Part shown: one piece after another, positions 40,401-57,059 of the stretch
Layout: the number at the start of each line of letters is the position of its first letter
Position numbering within the stretch: the stretch's first letter is position 1
NCBI RefSeq assembly: GCF_009914755.1
Contig: NC_060935.1
From: the human T2T-CHM13v2.0 reference genome, Homo sapiens
Direction: 5' to 3' (one strand)
DNA: 64,000 bases
Translations under genes and position numbers: made by a program
The notes under the pieces: generated by a model
Database searches by the model: none
The model's input: only the letters and a program-made list of their open reading frames with translations
What the model was told of the DNA's origin: nothing

Positions 40401-41346
40401 GGCCAAACAAAGCTAGTGGAGAGCTCAGCCCCGGCTTCCCAGAGGCCGGGGGTGGGGGGTGGGTGCCTTCTTTAGACTGGGGGGATTTTAGTCTTAAGTT
40501 GCATTTTGGGTGAAATAGGGACTGGCCTTCTAATTTGGAAGAATGTGAAGTATTTGCAGGCTGAGCTCGGATGGGAGGGGGTGGGGGCCATGACGGTGTT
40601 ACTGCACTACGCTTTGCTTTGGAACTGTGAGCTCATTTGCCAATTGGTGCTCTGTGGGAGCATCTGAGTTCCGGAACCTTCCTTGGAGGGCCTGTCTCCG
40701 TCAGCTGATGGGGACATGAAGTCTCCTGGGTGTATAAAGAGGGTTTTCATTGGGCGTTGCCAGTGATCAAAGTCTTTCCTGAGGACGGGACCGTGTTTCA
40801 GGTAAAAACCCTTTGCTGAACTATCACAACAGTTCCAGGAGACGGGGCCTGGTGCCTGAGACAGGAGGGCCCTGGGCCTGACTCCTCTCTCACAGTTAGG
40901 CTGGAGAGACAGATCTGGCCTGGGGTCAGCTCACATTTTGATGTCTAATTGTCAGCAATGCCAGAAGAGGTTGGTCCGGAAGAGTGAGGAGAGGCTATGG
41001 TGCTGGTTTATTTCGTGGCACTGTTTTGTTCCCTGCAAGCAGATAGCTGGGCCTGGATTATGATATGGCTGAAGCCTGCTAAAAATAAACACCTTTTTAG
41101 AAGATGCTGCTCACAGCCCGCCTTAGCCTGTGGTTTGGGAGGCTCCAGGAGAGATTGAGAGTCCTGGGCTGCTCTGTGAGCTTGGTGCTGGGGTGCTGGG
41201 GTTCTGGGGTCACCTGTGTGCGCTCCTGGGCACATTTTGGGAACTCTTCTCCCTTGGAGCCTCTGTTCCTTCTTGGAAGGTCTGGGCTGCTTTCCCTTGG
41301 AGGGGTTCAGGGGCACAAGAGCACAGATTTTCAGCCCCCATCCCCC

Positions 41347-41641
41347 TTTTTTTTGAGACAGGGTCTCGTTCTGTTGCCCAGGCTGGAGTGCAGTGGCACA
41401 ATCAACAGCTCACTGCAGACTTGACCTCCCGGGCTCAAGTGATCCTCCCATCTCAGCCTCCTGAGTAGCTGCTATCACAGGCACACATCACCATGCCCGG
41501 CTAGTTTTTGTATTTTTTTTTTGTAGAGACGAGGTTTTGCCATGTTGCCCAGGCTGGTCTCAGACTCCTGAGCTCAAGTAATTCTTCTGCCTTGGCCTCT
41601 CAAAGTGCTGGGATTACAGGCATGAGCCACCGCACCCGGCC
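41347..41641 (-). mobile_element. Alu (AluJ-like)
   Basis: gagacagggtctcgttctgttgcccagg...gggctcaagtgatcctcccatctcagcc...cgcacccggcc. Confidence 0.92.
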
Positions 41642-42903
41642 TCAGACCCTCTTCCTGACCTTCTTCTCCTGGTTGGAGAAGAGTGATGGTGCCACCATTG
41701 GCTCAGAAGCAGCTATCTGCAGGTGGCCAAAGCGCTGAGCCTGGAGGCAGCAGCCAGCAGTTAAATTCAGTGGCAAGATGTGGCCCTCTGCACATGGATG
41801 GGGGAGTGTGTGGGTGTGTGATGGGAGTGGGGGGCTGTTGTCAATACCCTCTAGGCCAAGGCTCAGGCTCTGTTTTTGTTCCCTTGGGTCCTCTTTCCCA
41901 GTGGGGCAGTGACCCTGGTACTGCTGCCAGCTAGGCTGAGCCTGGAATCTGGAATGGGCATCTTGAGGCAGGTATGGCCTCAGAGGGGTGAGCAGCTGGG
42001 GCATCGCTGCTGTCCCCGGCCCCCCGACCACCACCATGACCTTTAGGGCCCGGAACAAGGCAGTAACATCCAGGCTCTGAGCCCAGGCTTCTCAATGGCT
42101 TGGAAGAGGCCTGGGAGACAAGGCTTTGGGAATGCTCTTGTCTGAGGCCTTCAGCTACTTTAGAGGGTCTGTGGCTTACCCTCCGAACCACCTGGGACTT
42201 CACCAAAGCACTGGAGTCCACTCTGCGGCCACAGCTTTCTGAACCTGCTTCTTAGGGCTGTTTAATCCCACAGCAGCCCTGGGAAGTGGGACTCTGGGAC
42301 TCAGAGCAGTTTATACTCTGTTCAAGGTCACTAAGAACCCAAGCTTTTTGGATTCTGAACCTTGAACCTCACCTCCGTGAATGATGCCCCAGAAAGCCCT
42401 TGCGCTGAATAAAATGCAGGGCCTCGAGATACTGGAATAGGTCGTCTCAGACAAAAATTTGAGGGGTGGTCTAATTGAACTGCTTACAAAAATACAGAGG
42501 ACCAGTCCTGCTTTGAGCAGCTCACTAGGGGTTTTAGGGAAATAGCTCTGGTTCCACTGACATTTTTGGTTTTTTGAAATTAGGATTTGGGTCATTTTGG
42601 TATGAGGTTTAACAAGTTGATGTGGCTTGTCTGGCGTTTTGTCTGTGACCTGGTTTGGTTCAAGGACAGAGAAGAGTTTCCACCTATAAAACAGGCACAG
42701 ACATGGCTGCCATGTGGAGGTGTCATCTCTCTCTGCTTCTGCCCCTTTTCAAGGGAGCGGAGGAGTCTGCCCTTATACACCCTGGACCGGTCCTTTAAAT
42801 AGGCCTAGACCAGGATGCTGAGCAATGGAAAACTCCAGGCAGCTAGTAAAAGCGACATGTAAGTGGACATTATTTGACATGGAGAGACTTTCCCTCCATG
42901 TGT

Positions 42904-43229
<326 letters not shown>

Positions 43230-43585
43230 TGAATTTAAACTCATTTTAAATTATAAAAGCAACACATACACCTGGTAAGAAAGTAAAACTCTACAGAAGT
43301 ACTTTTAAAGTAAATGAAATGAGTTAACATTTGTACAATGCTTAGAAGAATAGGGCCTGGCTCTCTAGAAGTGTTTTTTAAATAAAAATATATGAAATTA
43401 GAAGTACGATTTTCTCCCATGTTAGACCTGCAGTCTTCCTTTCAAGAGCAACCACATCAATAATTTCTTGCATATTCTTCCAGCAATTTTGTGAGCTTAC
43501 ATAAGTGTGTGTGGGCACACAATAATTTCACATTGTAAAGTGAAAAGAGTAGGTTACAAAACAGTTTCAAAGAGTAAGATCCCAT

Positions 43586-43883
<298 letters not shown>

Positions 43884-44133
43884 TGATTCTGCTTTTAAAA
43901 CAAACAAAAAATACTCACAGAAGATAATCCAGAATCATGTGTATCTAAGTAGTAACAGGGATTATCTCTAAAAAGTGGGATCTGGGGTGGATTTTTTTTA
44001 CTTCTTGTCTCCTTTTGCTCATTCTTTTTGTAATTCTAAAACTAACGAAGGAGAAGTGAGTATAGATAAATGAATGAGTGGGGGAATACATGGACCTGGG
44101 TCTTCTCAGATGAACATGTTCTAAGAGGGCTAA

Positions 44134-44690
<557 letters not shown>

Positions 44691-47600
44691 CAGGACATGA
44701 GTTTTGCTGTTGTTTATTGAGGCTGTAGTGGGAAAGAGACCCCCACTTCCTCTACCTGCCCAGACCTGGAGGGCCTGCCTGGCTGGGCCTGATCTCCCCA
44801 TCAGGGGATAAGAGTGAGACCTGTTTGAAGCAAATCCACTTATGTGTCCTTCCTGAGACCCCCATGTTCCATGGCCTGGGTCCTTTGGAGCTATCAGATG
44901 GTCATCTCTGGGTGTGCTTAGAGATGAGAGGTGGCAGGCCAGCCCTGGCTCTCCAGCTTCCTGGCCTGCTTTTCTTGAAGCTCAGTCTGATTCCTGCAGC
45001 AGCCAGGGCAGCAGGGGTCCTGGGTGAGGGTCCCCAGTGGGCACAGCTGACTGCTTCTGATTCCTGATGATGATCTGAAGTCAAATAGACCTGGGCTATG
45101 AAGCAGGTTCTACTATGGGACTGGGGCAGGCCAATTCATCTTTCTAAGCTTCAATTTCTTCATTTCTAAAATGGGGCAACCAGGGGGTGCTAATGTTATC
45201 TTCATTCTCATCTCATTCCTTCAGTACGGATTTATCTGGGCACCTCCTGTGTGCGAAGCTCTTTACTGGACCTCCTGACGTATAAACCTCTTGTAGGACA
45301 CCAGGTAGAGAAAAGGAAGTGTTCTCCAGTGGTGAAAACACATGGAAAGCAGGGAAGGCTTCTCAGAGGAGGTGGCATTATAGTTGCACCTTGAAGGACT
45401 GATAGGAGCTCTGATACCTTGGGGCTTGCAATTGGGAAGGAGCTTAGGAGTTTTCACAGCCCTTCCACATATATAACTTCACATGTTTCTCACAATAGTC
45501 GTATAATTTGATTTTTGCTGAGGGGAGGTTAGGTTGAGTTTGTTTTTTAGCCAGACTGGGTTGGATTGTAAGTAGAGGGGAATACACCAGGCAGTACTAG
45601 ACGATACTCAGAGTCCAGTCTGTCCTGCTCCTTCTGCTCTCATCTAGGGATAACTAGCTGCCCCTTCAGCTTTGAGTAGGTAGGTCTTGAAGGTCAACTC
45701 AAGGAAAGTTTCCCTAGAGATACCTCCCTTTCCACTTTTCTACTGCTGGGGTGCCCAGGGCTGGAAAGGACAAGATCTCTGGGCGAACCAGCCTCCAACT
45801 TGGACTCTGCCACACGCATGCTGGTGATCTTGGGCAAGCCTCATTTTCCTCATCAGGAAAATGGGTATTGTGGCAAAAACCCACCTTGCCAAGCTGCTGT
45901 GAGGATTGCAGATGGTGCAAAGCACCCACTTAATGCCTAGCATATGCCAGGATGTCTGAGGCAGAGCTGGGTCCTCTGCCAGCGGGGCCCAGTGTCTGGA
46001 CTCAAGACATCGTACTCCTTATTATAAGCCGCACAGCCAGGTCCTAGCCCATCTGGGTCCCACGTGAACCCTGGGGCTGCAGACGAATTTCATCCCTTTA
46101 CTTGGCTTTCGTCTTCCCAACCCTGGCTGAATGCCTACCTCCCCACCTGCTGCCCCTGCAGACCCCCATCAGGCAGATAAATTGGTGACCTGCAAGAGCT
46201 AAGGAGAAGGAGGCTGTGAGGTGAAGGGAGGAGAAGAGCTGTGTTTGCAGAGGAGGGTTGTAGGAGAGATGGGGACCCCAGATGCTATTTCTGGGTGATG
46301 GGGCCTCCTGGGTAACAAGGCCAGCCACAAAACCTGCTCTGGTGCTATCCTTCACCCTCAACTTCCCAAATCAAGAAGGCAAAGAAGAGTTTGGCATTTT
46401 TTTCCCTCTCCCTCCTCTCATCTGTAAAATTGAGACATTACAGTTCCAAAATGGGCTTTGAGCCTGTAGAAATTAACCCAGTCTGGCAGGAGGTCTGAAA
46501 ATAAACATATTGTTTCGATTGGTGTTGACATTTGGATTGCGAGAAGGTTTGAAAATGTAACTGTAGTTGGGATTTTCCAGCCCATCCAAGTTTTTCCATG
46601 GAGGAGCTCAGCAGACTTAAGCCGGTGACTGGGTGAATGTCCTCTTACTGCCAACGTGGGCACTGGAAAAGGCTGAGGGCTTCACGGCTTGGAGACTGCA
46701 CCAGCGGAGGCCGACTGTGCTCTTTGGTGGTGTGGGGAGGGGTTGAGCATTTCAGGATGCCGAGCCCCTCTGGGCAATGTGGGGGCAACCAAGTGTCCAG
46801 CATGACCTGAACTACTTAGAACGCCTACTACATGCCTGGCACCTTATCCGCACTATCTCACATAGTCCTTGCACCGGGGCTAGAGAGTATCGTGTGACTA
46901 TTCCCACTTCACAGATTGGGACACTGAGGAACTGAGGGTTTCAATGACATGCCAAAGCCACCCAGGAGAAAAGCAAGGACTTAAACTTAGCCCTCTCTGG
47001 AGCTCCATGGCTTGCCGTACACCACCTACTTCATGTCAGGAACTTTCTGGAAGGTTTTCTCAGCAAGAGAATGGCTCATTGTTCCAGAGAGAGGGCTGAT
47101 CCTGGACTGAAGTAACTGTTGTTGGCATAGTACTCGGTTGTAGAGACTGCCAGCTCCATCCATTTCTGGAAACCTGTGGATTTAATCACCTCTCCACCTC
47201 CCACACTTTACCCTCTTGCCACCATGGGAGCCTGTAAAGTGGGTTTTGCCCCCTACTCCCACTCCATGGCCCAATGAGCCTCAGTGCCTATTCCTCTCAC
47301 CCAGCTCCAGCCTCCCACCATGTCCTAGCAGGGAAGCTGCCTGGTCCCCTGTAGGAGAGGCCAGCCCTGGGAAGGCACCCTGCCCGGGGCGGAGGTGCAC
47401 ACAGCTTTTAGCTACGAACCCAGAGTGCTGGCTGAATCAGGCAGGCACCTCATTTTTGGGAAAGGCTTGGTGTCTAATGCACCTGGCAACTTCTGTGTGC
47501 CCCAGGCCTCATCTCCCCACCTCCTGGCCTTTGAGATGCAAGGGCCAATCTCTACTTGACTTCAATTGCTGGTCTCCCTGCTCCAGTCTCTTGTCCACTC

Positions 47601-47991
47601 TCTGCACCTGCCTCTGCATGGCTGAACATGGCTGGAAAACACACACCACACCAAGCTGAGTGGTCTTGCTTTAAATTTACCATCACAAGACGGCGGGGGC
47701 GCTGGTAGTACTAACTGGCCATCCTCCGCATTTCCTGAGTCCATAATTTCTTCTGGTTCTCAGATGTCTATTTCACCTCTTGTCAAAGTTAGACCAAACG
47801 TGTCAGGAGTCCTTGAGGCAGGGGCCTCCATGCTACCTGGGATCAAGCTCCCAGCCCCTGCACCTCTACCTCCACTCCCAGGGGAGAGCACTTTGCTGTC
47901 TGGGAGGACATGGAACAGGGGTTGTAAGATGGTGGCCAGACCCCATCCTGTGCTGTCCCACCCTACCCTGCACACTGAGCTTCTGGGGAAG

Positions 47992-48097
47992 GTGACTCCA
48001 TGCCTGGCCAGGAAGATCCTCAGTCACAGCCCCCTCCTCTGCTGTGACTCCATGCCTGGCCAGGAAGATCCTCAGTCACAGCCCCCTCCTCTGCTGT
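47992..48097. repeat. Perfect 52-bp tandem duplication
   Basis: gtgactccatgcctggccaggaagatcctcagtcacagcccc...tcctctgct begins at both 47992 and 48044. Confidence 0.95.
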
Positions 48098-49594
48098 CTC
48101 TCTCCCCTCTCAGGGGCTACAGTGGTAACTGGCAGCCTCCTTGGGGGAGGAACAAACGTTATCTGTTTCCACCTGGGGGATTTCTGTCACAGGATTCCTG
48201 GAGCTGTCCTCGTAGCTGCAAGTACCTGGCACCTTTACACATCAGTTCCTCCCTCCCTCTGCCCTCATGCCCTGTCCCCATTCGGTCAGGCTCCTCAGGG
48301 CTTGCTCTCCTTTTCATATTCAAAGGCTCGAAACCATGACCAGAAGTTTGGGGGCGTTGGGTTTGGCCTGACACTGTTTTGGGAGCAAATGCTTGGATCC
48401 ATCTGGATGTTTTTGTTTGTTGGCTGGCTTTGCCTTCGGGAGGTGTGAGCCTCTGACTGGGTTTGAGGTTCTGTAAATCGGGAAGGTTTGTGTTCATTTC
48501 AAGGTTCAGAAAATCATTGTGGTTTGGGGTCATGGTTGGGTTTGATTTGCGTGCTTGATGGCAGTGGCGGCTGGGTGGCTCTGAGCTAGGCCTCTGCTCA
48601 GCCCTGGGGGTTCTGAGTGAGAGGTACCGGGGTGTGCACCTCTGGGTGGGGCTGGTCCTGGGCCAAGCCCTTGGGCAAGCATCCAAGGCAGGGGCACGAA
48701 GCTGGTTTGGGGACATAGAGATGGGGAATTTGCTCTGCTCTCAAACTGCTTATCACAGAGCATGCCTGGATGTAATTTTCATGGACAGCCAGAGAGGTGA
48801 TTTTCGGGGAGAGCAGGGTGAGAGAGTCAGGGCTGAAAGAAGGATGGCTCCAGACACTGGGGTGGAGTGAGCAGCCAGGTATCTGCTTGGGGACCTGCAC
48901 CCACCTCGCACCTGCTGGGTGATTTGAGCAGCCCCTTAACTTCTCTGAGCTCCGGCTTCCTCTTGCCTCTTCCTAAGGCAGTTCTGAGGATTAGAGGGGA
49001 GAGCATTTGTGGAAACTCACAGAGGAAGTCAGAATATATTAGTTTTCCTGAGCTCTACAAAGACAGGTCTATGCCTCATTAATCCTATTCTTCCCAAGTT
49101 CGCACGCTTGGCCCCAGTTCCCATTCAAGGAAATCTTCTTGAATGCCACATGGGACTGGCCCCCTGGTTATTCGTGTCAGTTTTAGTGTCCAGCCTCTTT
49201 TGCCCCATTGGAGGTCTAAGTTGCAGTCCTGAACTGCCGTACCTTGCTCTGGAAGAAGCTTTTCTCTCTGGACACAGCAGTTTTCCTGCAATGATCACCA
49301 ACCTTTGGTCACCTCCCAGGGTTGTTCCCGGGCCTGCCAAGGCTGGTCGCCTTCTGCCTCTGAACTGACTGGATTCATTTCCGTCTTCCCAGGGCTGGAG
49401 GAGCCTGACTTCTCCAGCCACAGAGAATTCCCACAGTCTTTGGGTTTTCAATTTTTGGATCAGTGTGTTGGAGCCCGAGGCCCTTTGGACTGCCCATATG
49501 TCTCAGATTTCCAGCTATAGTTTCAAACCCTCAGTGCCATTGTCCCTGTTGAGTGTCAGCCTAGGATCCTTGAATTTTAGTCTGCAAATAATAC

Positions 49595-49810
49595 TGTTAT
49601 TTTATTTGACCATAAACTGAGCACTTGTCTTTTCTAGGCACTTACTTAATCCTCACAGCTGCCCTGGGAGGTGGCAGTATTAGTACAATGCCCACTTTAC
49701 AGATGAGGAAGCTGAGGCTCAGAAGGTTACGTAACATGCCCATGTTCACAGAGCATGGAGTGGCAGAGTTGGAACACAAAGCCATTTGTGTTCCAACACA
49801 AAGCCAGAAC
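49595..49810 (-). mobile_element. MIR
   Basis: ttaatcctcacagc...cccactttacagatgaggaagctgaggctcagaaggttacgtaacatgccc. Confidence 0.75.
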
Positions 49811-50879
49811 ACCATTTGTTCTGCTTCCAAATATGGTGCACTGATTAAAAAGAAGGGCAACTGGCGTCCCCAAGACCCCTCAGCCTCTAACTTGCTCAGT
49901 GACACTGAATCTCTTGGGAGGTGTTCCCCATCTGGAACGGGGAGGGTGAAGAACTTCCCAGCCAGAAACCCGTCCCAGCCTTGGAAGACACCAATGGCTG
50001 GCTGCTGCACCAGGCTGGCTGTCACAAACTGTTCAGAAGGTGCAACTGGCCATGAAAGGTGAACTGTTGGGAGCAGAACTGCCTGGGGCTGTGTCAGAGG
50101 CGCCTGCCTGAAACTCTGCTGCTTCACTTGCCATGGCCCCGCTCAATCCCTAGGTCTGTTCTGCCACCCAAACCACGAGCCTCGGGATGACAGCCACAGG
50201 CCCCCTCCCATCCACCCCTCGCTTTCCTCCTTCCCTGGCAAGGGAGAAATCCAGGCCCCGAGTCGGTCAATGCCCCAGTGTTCCTGGCATCACCAGCCTC
50301 GGGGTTACTTTGCTGTCTTCAAAAAGGATCTGCCTTCCTTCCCCTCTGCCATCCCCATGGAGGCTTCACAGGCCTGCGGGTTCACCGGGCTGGGAGCACA
50401 CATGGCCTCTTTGTGGCTATTCCCCCAAGGCCCTGCCATCTTTGAGGATGACAAACAGCCTTTGAGGAGAGAGTCACGTTTGCACACAGAAGACCACCAC
50501 TTAACTTGTCCAAAAGCATTTTTATTTCCTTTGGCAATTTGTTTTCCTTTGGGTGAGAATAAAATGATGCAGGAGATTTGCATGCTCTGATATTTTTTCT
50601 CCCATTTCCCTCTTTCCTATTTTCTGCCAGCCACTCCTTAGCTGTGCTGAGAAGTTGCCCTGAATGCACCCTCTAGTAGCTCTGGAAAGCTGCCTTATCT
50701 CTGTTTCTGTGGCCTGTGCAGGGTTTCAGGCTCAGCATCCCTCCCTGGAATGAGCCTGGCTGGTACCTGGTCTCTGGGCTTCCACTTCTGCTGCCTGGGA
50801 TCCTTATGGTGGTCAGGATGACCTTGCAAGCAAGAATGCTAGTCTGATCCCACTGGCCCAGGCCACGTCTTGGACTGTC

Positions 50880-51785
<906 letters not shown>

Positions 51786-53922
51786 CCCAGGCTCACATTT
51801 CTTTCAAGGGTTTCCCTTTCAGACTCCTTAACACCCCCATCCTTCAGCTTCCCTATTGTCTCGTACACTGGGATCCAGCCATCTTGCCCTCTTTCTGCTC
51901 CCAGATGTGCTAAGCTGCGGACTCAGGCCCTTGGAACACGCTGTTTCTTTTCTCTGGATGTTCTTCCTTTCCCCTTCCCCTCCTTATTCCTTAGATCTCT
52001 ACTGGAATGTCACCTGCTTGCCTGGGCTCAGCCCAGCCCTGGGGTTATGTGCTCTCCAGGACCTCGGAGTCTGTCTTTACAGTGCTTGCTCTCACTGTCA
52101 TGCACAGTCTCTGCCATTGGTGGTTTGGTAATTCATTTCCTCCTAAGGACTGTAAAAGCTCCATGAGGGTAGGCCGTGCTCAGCTGGGGTGCTGCGGTAA
52201 CCCCAGCATAATCCCCGGCACTTAGGCCTTTTCATTGACCAGTAAATATCCGCTGAGGAAATGAGTGAATTAAAACACACTCGAGGCAAGACAGGAATCA
52301 GGCACAAATATTATCCAAATAAACAAAATCAGAATCCATGGCATGTCAGAGATGGGAGAAGGTTTAGAGATGGTCTAGTCTGCAAGTTGCAGAATGCGCT
52401 CTGCTCCCTCGTGCCTCTGTAGAGGTGTCCCCAAATCTGCTGCTGCATGTGTGCACATGTGTATGTGCATGTGCGCGTGTGTATGTATACATGTGTGCAC
52501 ACACATACAAGTGTTGCAGGGGGTGGGGCCGTCAGGCAGGCAAAAGAGGTGGCAAATGAAAACATCTCAGTTCCCCATTTCCACTTCAAACACAAAGAAG
52601 TTCTGCTTTATCTGTTTCTATATTGAACGTCTGCTTCCGATTTTGTTTGAAGAGAAATAGGACTTCCAGCCGAAATGAAATTTGGAAACTGACCAAATCC
52701 CTCCTCCCTATTTTATGGATGGGGAAACTGAGGCCCAGAGAGCAGAGGTACCTGCCTAAGATCACAGAGGGAGTGAGCCACAGGGCTGGGACATGCACAC
52801 TGGGACACAGGGGACATCCAGCCCCCTCTGCCTGACTTTGGCAGAGCACCATTATTCTCAGCTGTGACCAGGTGGCTGAGCACCTGGATGTCCTGGAGCT
52901 CACAGAGAAGCTCCAGGGATCACTGGCACTTTAATCCCATCATGTGAATCAGGAATCATTTTCCTAGCAGAAGACATGACTTCCTGGATGCATACAGTAA
53001 AAATCACAACGTTGAGTATTACACTGAAGGGGGGAAATCCCAATATGGAAGACTAACTCTCTTCTGAGTCTTTCTGTTCATATTCTTTGGCTGCTTGTTC
53101 ATTTATACAATTGTCTGGAGGTGCTCCTTAGAGGAGACACAGTAAAAAGCACCAAAGGTTTCAGGAAAATCTGTGGGAGCAAAACTTAAATGAGGCCATT
53201 TCTCATATATTTTGATGGTGGAACAAATACCTCTGGCCAAAGGGATCTCCATGGGGGAAGAAAAAAACATTATTTTTCATTGTTTTAAAAATAAATCTTT
53301 GTTTTCTGATTACAAAAGAAACAAGTACTTCTGAAAAAAGTAGAACATTACAGAAATATACATGACTTAGAAAGTAAAAGTGTTTCCATATTGTATCCCC
53401 CCCACCCCACAACCACGGTTAATAGTACTTTTTTTCAAACCTACCGAATGAGTGCCAGGTTCTGTCCTAGACACTCGGGGGCAATAGTGAGCAAACACAG
53501 ATGTTGTGTGTGCCTTCACGGAGCGCATAGTTGAAAAGGGAAGAAATATAAAATCACTAAAAAGGAGAGATATAAAGACATAAAACTAGAGAAAAAGGCC
53601 TTGACAGGGAGGTCTGGGAGAGCTTTGTGGAGGGAGTGAAGCTGGAGTTGGGATCTGTTAAGTATGTGAAAATGGAGGGAAGAGTGTTCAGGAAAGAAGA
53701 GACAGCATATGTAATGGCCCTGTGGCAGAAGGGAGCAGACGGGTGTAGCAGGAGGAGCTGGTTCACAGTGAGGCAGCAGGAGGCAGCTGGGGTAGGGCTG
53801 CGAAGAACATGGCAAGATTGATGTTAAAAGCAAAGGAAACCATAAGTTGTTGTAAATAAGGGGGTGGATTATGATTAAATGTTTATTTGATACCTATTCT
53901 TTCAGTTTTTTTTTTTTGGTGC

Positions 53923-53970
53923 ATCTATCTATCTATCTATCTATCTATCTACCTATCTATCTATCTATCT
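53923..53970. repeat. Compound tetranucleotide STR [ATCT]7 ACCT [ATCT]4
   Basis: Direct count. Confidence 0.92.
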
Positions 53971-54049
53971 ATGGCAAAACCCCATCTCCACATAAATACA
54001 AAAATTTATATATATAATATATATAAATTCATTCTTTAGCAGAACAGCC

Positions 54050-54420
54050 TAAGCAAAACAGATTTTTATTGGCTCATGTGACTGCAGCTTGATCGAAGGG
54101 CTCCAACATTATCCCCAGGACTTGGTTTCTCTCTATCTCTCAGCCTTGGCATCGGGTCTTCTGACTCTATTTCCTGGCTCCACATGGGGCCTCCCACAGC
54201 TCCAGGGGTAAAGACACCATCTCATCTTTCTACCCTCATCGCAGTGGAGAAGAGTGCCTGTCACTGCCAGCAGGCCAGTTTCAGCCCAATTCAGCCACAT
54301 GTCACCCCTTGAACCCGGCACTGAGGTTAGGGGGATGTGGTGCTCTGATCGGCCAGGAGCAAGTCACATGCTCGGGAATGAGGCATGAAATCAACTCCAG
54401 TGGACCGGAAGCACATGGCC
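54050..54420. mobile_element. Old MaLR LTR fragment (MLT1J/K-like)
   Basis: ttattggctcatgtgactg...gtcacccttgaacc...gtgctctgatcggccagg...gtcacatgctc. Confidence 0.5.
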
Positions 54421-54623
54421 TGATAAAAAGTAAATCTAAGTGGTAAAAGTCAGAATAGTGGTCAACTCTGTTATGGGAGTGGGGGCAGAATTAACTAGGA
54501 GGGAACCTGGGGGTTTGGGAGGATTGGAAACGTTTCATATTGTGATCTGGGGCTGGCTATGCAGGCAGATGTGTATGTAAAAATGTACCAACTTTGCTGT
54601 GTGCAATAGAAACCAAGATTTAG

Positions 54624-55237
<614 letters not shown>

Positions 55238-56606
55238 AGCACCCGGCCCAAGAGTGGGGAAGAAGTATTTCCAGAGAAAAATTAAGATACTGTGACTAAG
55301 ACAAGGGTGAATGAATGTTCATTATAGTACAGTCATATATGCATACATGTATCATACAGATACAGTTTTAACATGTGGTGGGCATTACAATGCACCCTCT
55401 TATGTAATACTTTTTTGCTTCATAACTCCTGGGCATTTGTTCATGAAATCCATGGCTTTATGGCATAGATTAATTTTGGAAGCATGCTTTAATCAGGCAA
55501 ACGAGCTGTGTCTCCTCAGTGCTCCCTGCAGGAAGGGGCACTCCAGAAGCATGCTGGGGCCCAGCTCCCTTGAGTGACCAGTTGCCTGCAGACGATTGAC
55601 GTTTGTGTGGTTGAGGACCTCAGACCTTGTTGTGCAAACTGGCTCAGCCTCAGAGCTCTGGGCCCGCTTCTCTTCTCTGGGAGCCCTCACCTCCTCAATT
55701 AGGCTTTCAGCTCTCTCTTACTCTGCCCCTGTCAAAATATGCCCTACAAAACAGAATATATTCTTACTCATGCTAGGTCGTTAATGACTAGGAGCCTGCA
55801 GTATTCCTTTTCCTGTGGTGGGACACATATTATGTTTTCTTGATAGCAAAAACAAGGAAACTTCTAAAATGGTCTCTCCCTAAGTGCAGGGGAATGGTTG
55901 AGAGTGGGGCTCCAGCTTCAGACCTCAGACTGAAGTCCTGCCTCTCTGTTGACCAACTGTGGGTCCCTGGCCAAATTTTTACCTCTCAGTGCCTCACTTC
56001 CTCCTCTATGTTCGGGAGAAGAGAGGATTCAATGAGCCAGGCCCTGCTAGGCATTGAGCAGGGCGCCTGCCATGTGGTAAGAACTTTGCGTGGGTCTGCA
56101 CTGTAGGGTGGGGGGACTGTCAGGCTTTGGGAGTGCAGGAGAAGTTTTAGGGAACATTCTTCACTGTGGACAGAGCATTCTTCTAGTTCTTGGACCCACC
56201 CCCGTATCCTCATCTTTAATCCCTTTTGTATGACATCCTCTCCTTTTTTTCTTTCTTCTCAGGGCCTCTCTCCTTTGCAAGAAATGGAACACTCTGGGCT
56301 GTTTTCTGGGAGACTGCAGGTGGCTGCCCCAGGCGTGGTGCTCAGAGCTCATGGGTGCCTGTGGATAGATGCCCAGGAATCCCCTCTGCCACCCTTGGCT
56401 TGATGGCCACCCAGTTTCTATTTGTGATCTTCTGGCTAAGCAAACCCTGAACCTGTGTAACTGGTGAAATGGGCCCAGGCTTTAAAATCTGACACTTGAG
56501 TTCAAACACAGCTTGGAGGAGCTCATCTTCTGAGAGGCTCTCGGTTAGCTCAGTTGCACAGTGTGACCCATGCTGTTCCTGGCAGGGCTGGGAGGATTCA
56601 GTGAGG

Positions 56607-56912
56607 TTATTTATTTATTTATTTTAAAGACAGGGTCTTACTCTGTCACTCAGGCTGGAGTGCGGTGGCATGATCTTGGCTCACTGCAGCTTCAGCCTCC
56701 TTGGGTTCAGGTGATCCTCCCACCTCAGCCTCCTGGGCAGCTGGGACTACAGGCATGTACCACCATTCCCAACTAATATATTTTTTTTTTTTTGTAGAGA
56801 TGAGGTCTCCCTACATTGTCTAGGCTGGTCTCAAACTCCTGGGCTCAAGCCATCCACCTGCCTTGGCCTCCCAAAGTGCTTGGATTACAGGCATGAACCA
56901 CCGCACCCGGCC
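56607..56912 (-). mobile_element. Alu (AluJ-like)
   Basis: agacagggtcttactctgtcactcagg...gtgatcctcccacctcagcc...ccgcacccggcc. Confidence 0.92.
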
Positions 56913-57059
56913 AGCAAAGTAACGTGTATGTGCCTGGCACATAGTAGGCCTTCAGCACTCACTCATTCTCTTTCTCTTCTACTTGAGTGATAAGATTTAC
57001 TTGGTAGCCTTGTTTGGGGTATGTTGTTCAATTTATTGGGAGACTAATCAGGGCCTAGA

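Noticed and set aside
47764-48716. 185-191 aa ORFs
   Set aside because: No domain similarity; the plus-strand one runs through the 52-bp duplication and I saw no supporting exon structure.
50666-50680. CTCF-like motif (minus strand GCTACTAGAGGGTGC); similar partial matches at ~5558 and ~31603
   Set aside because: Two or more mismatches to the core; cannot be supported without PWM scoring and ChIP data.
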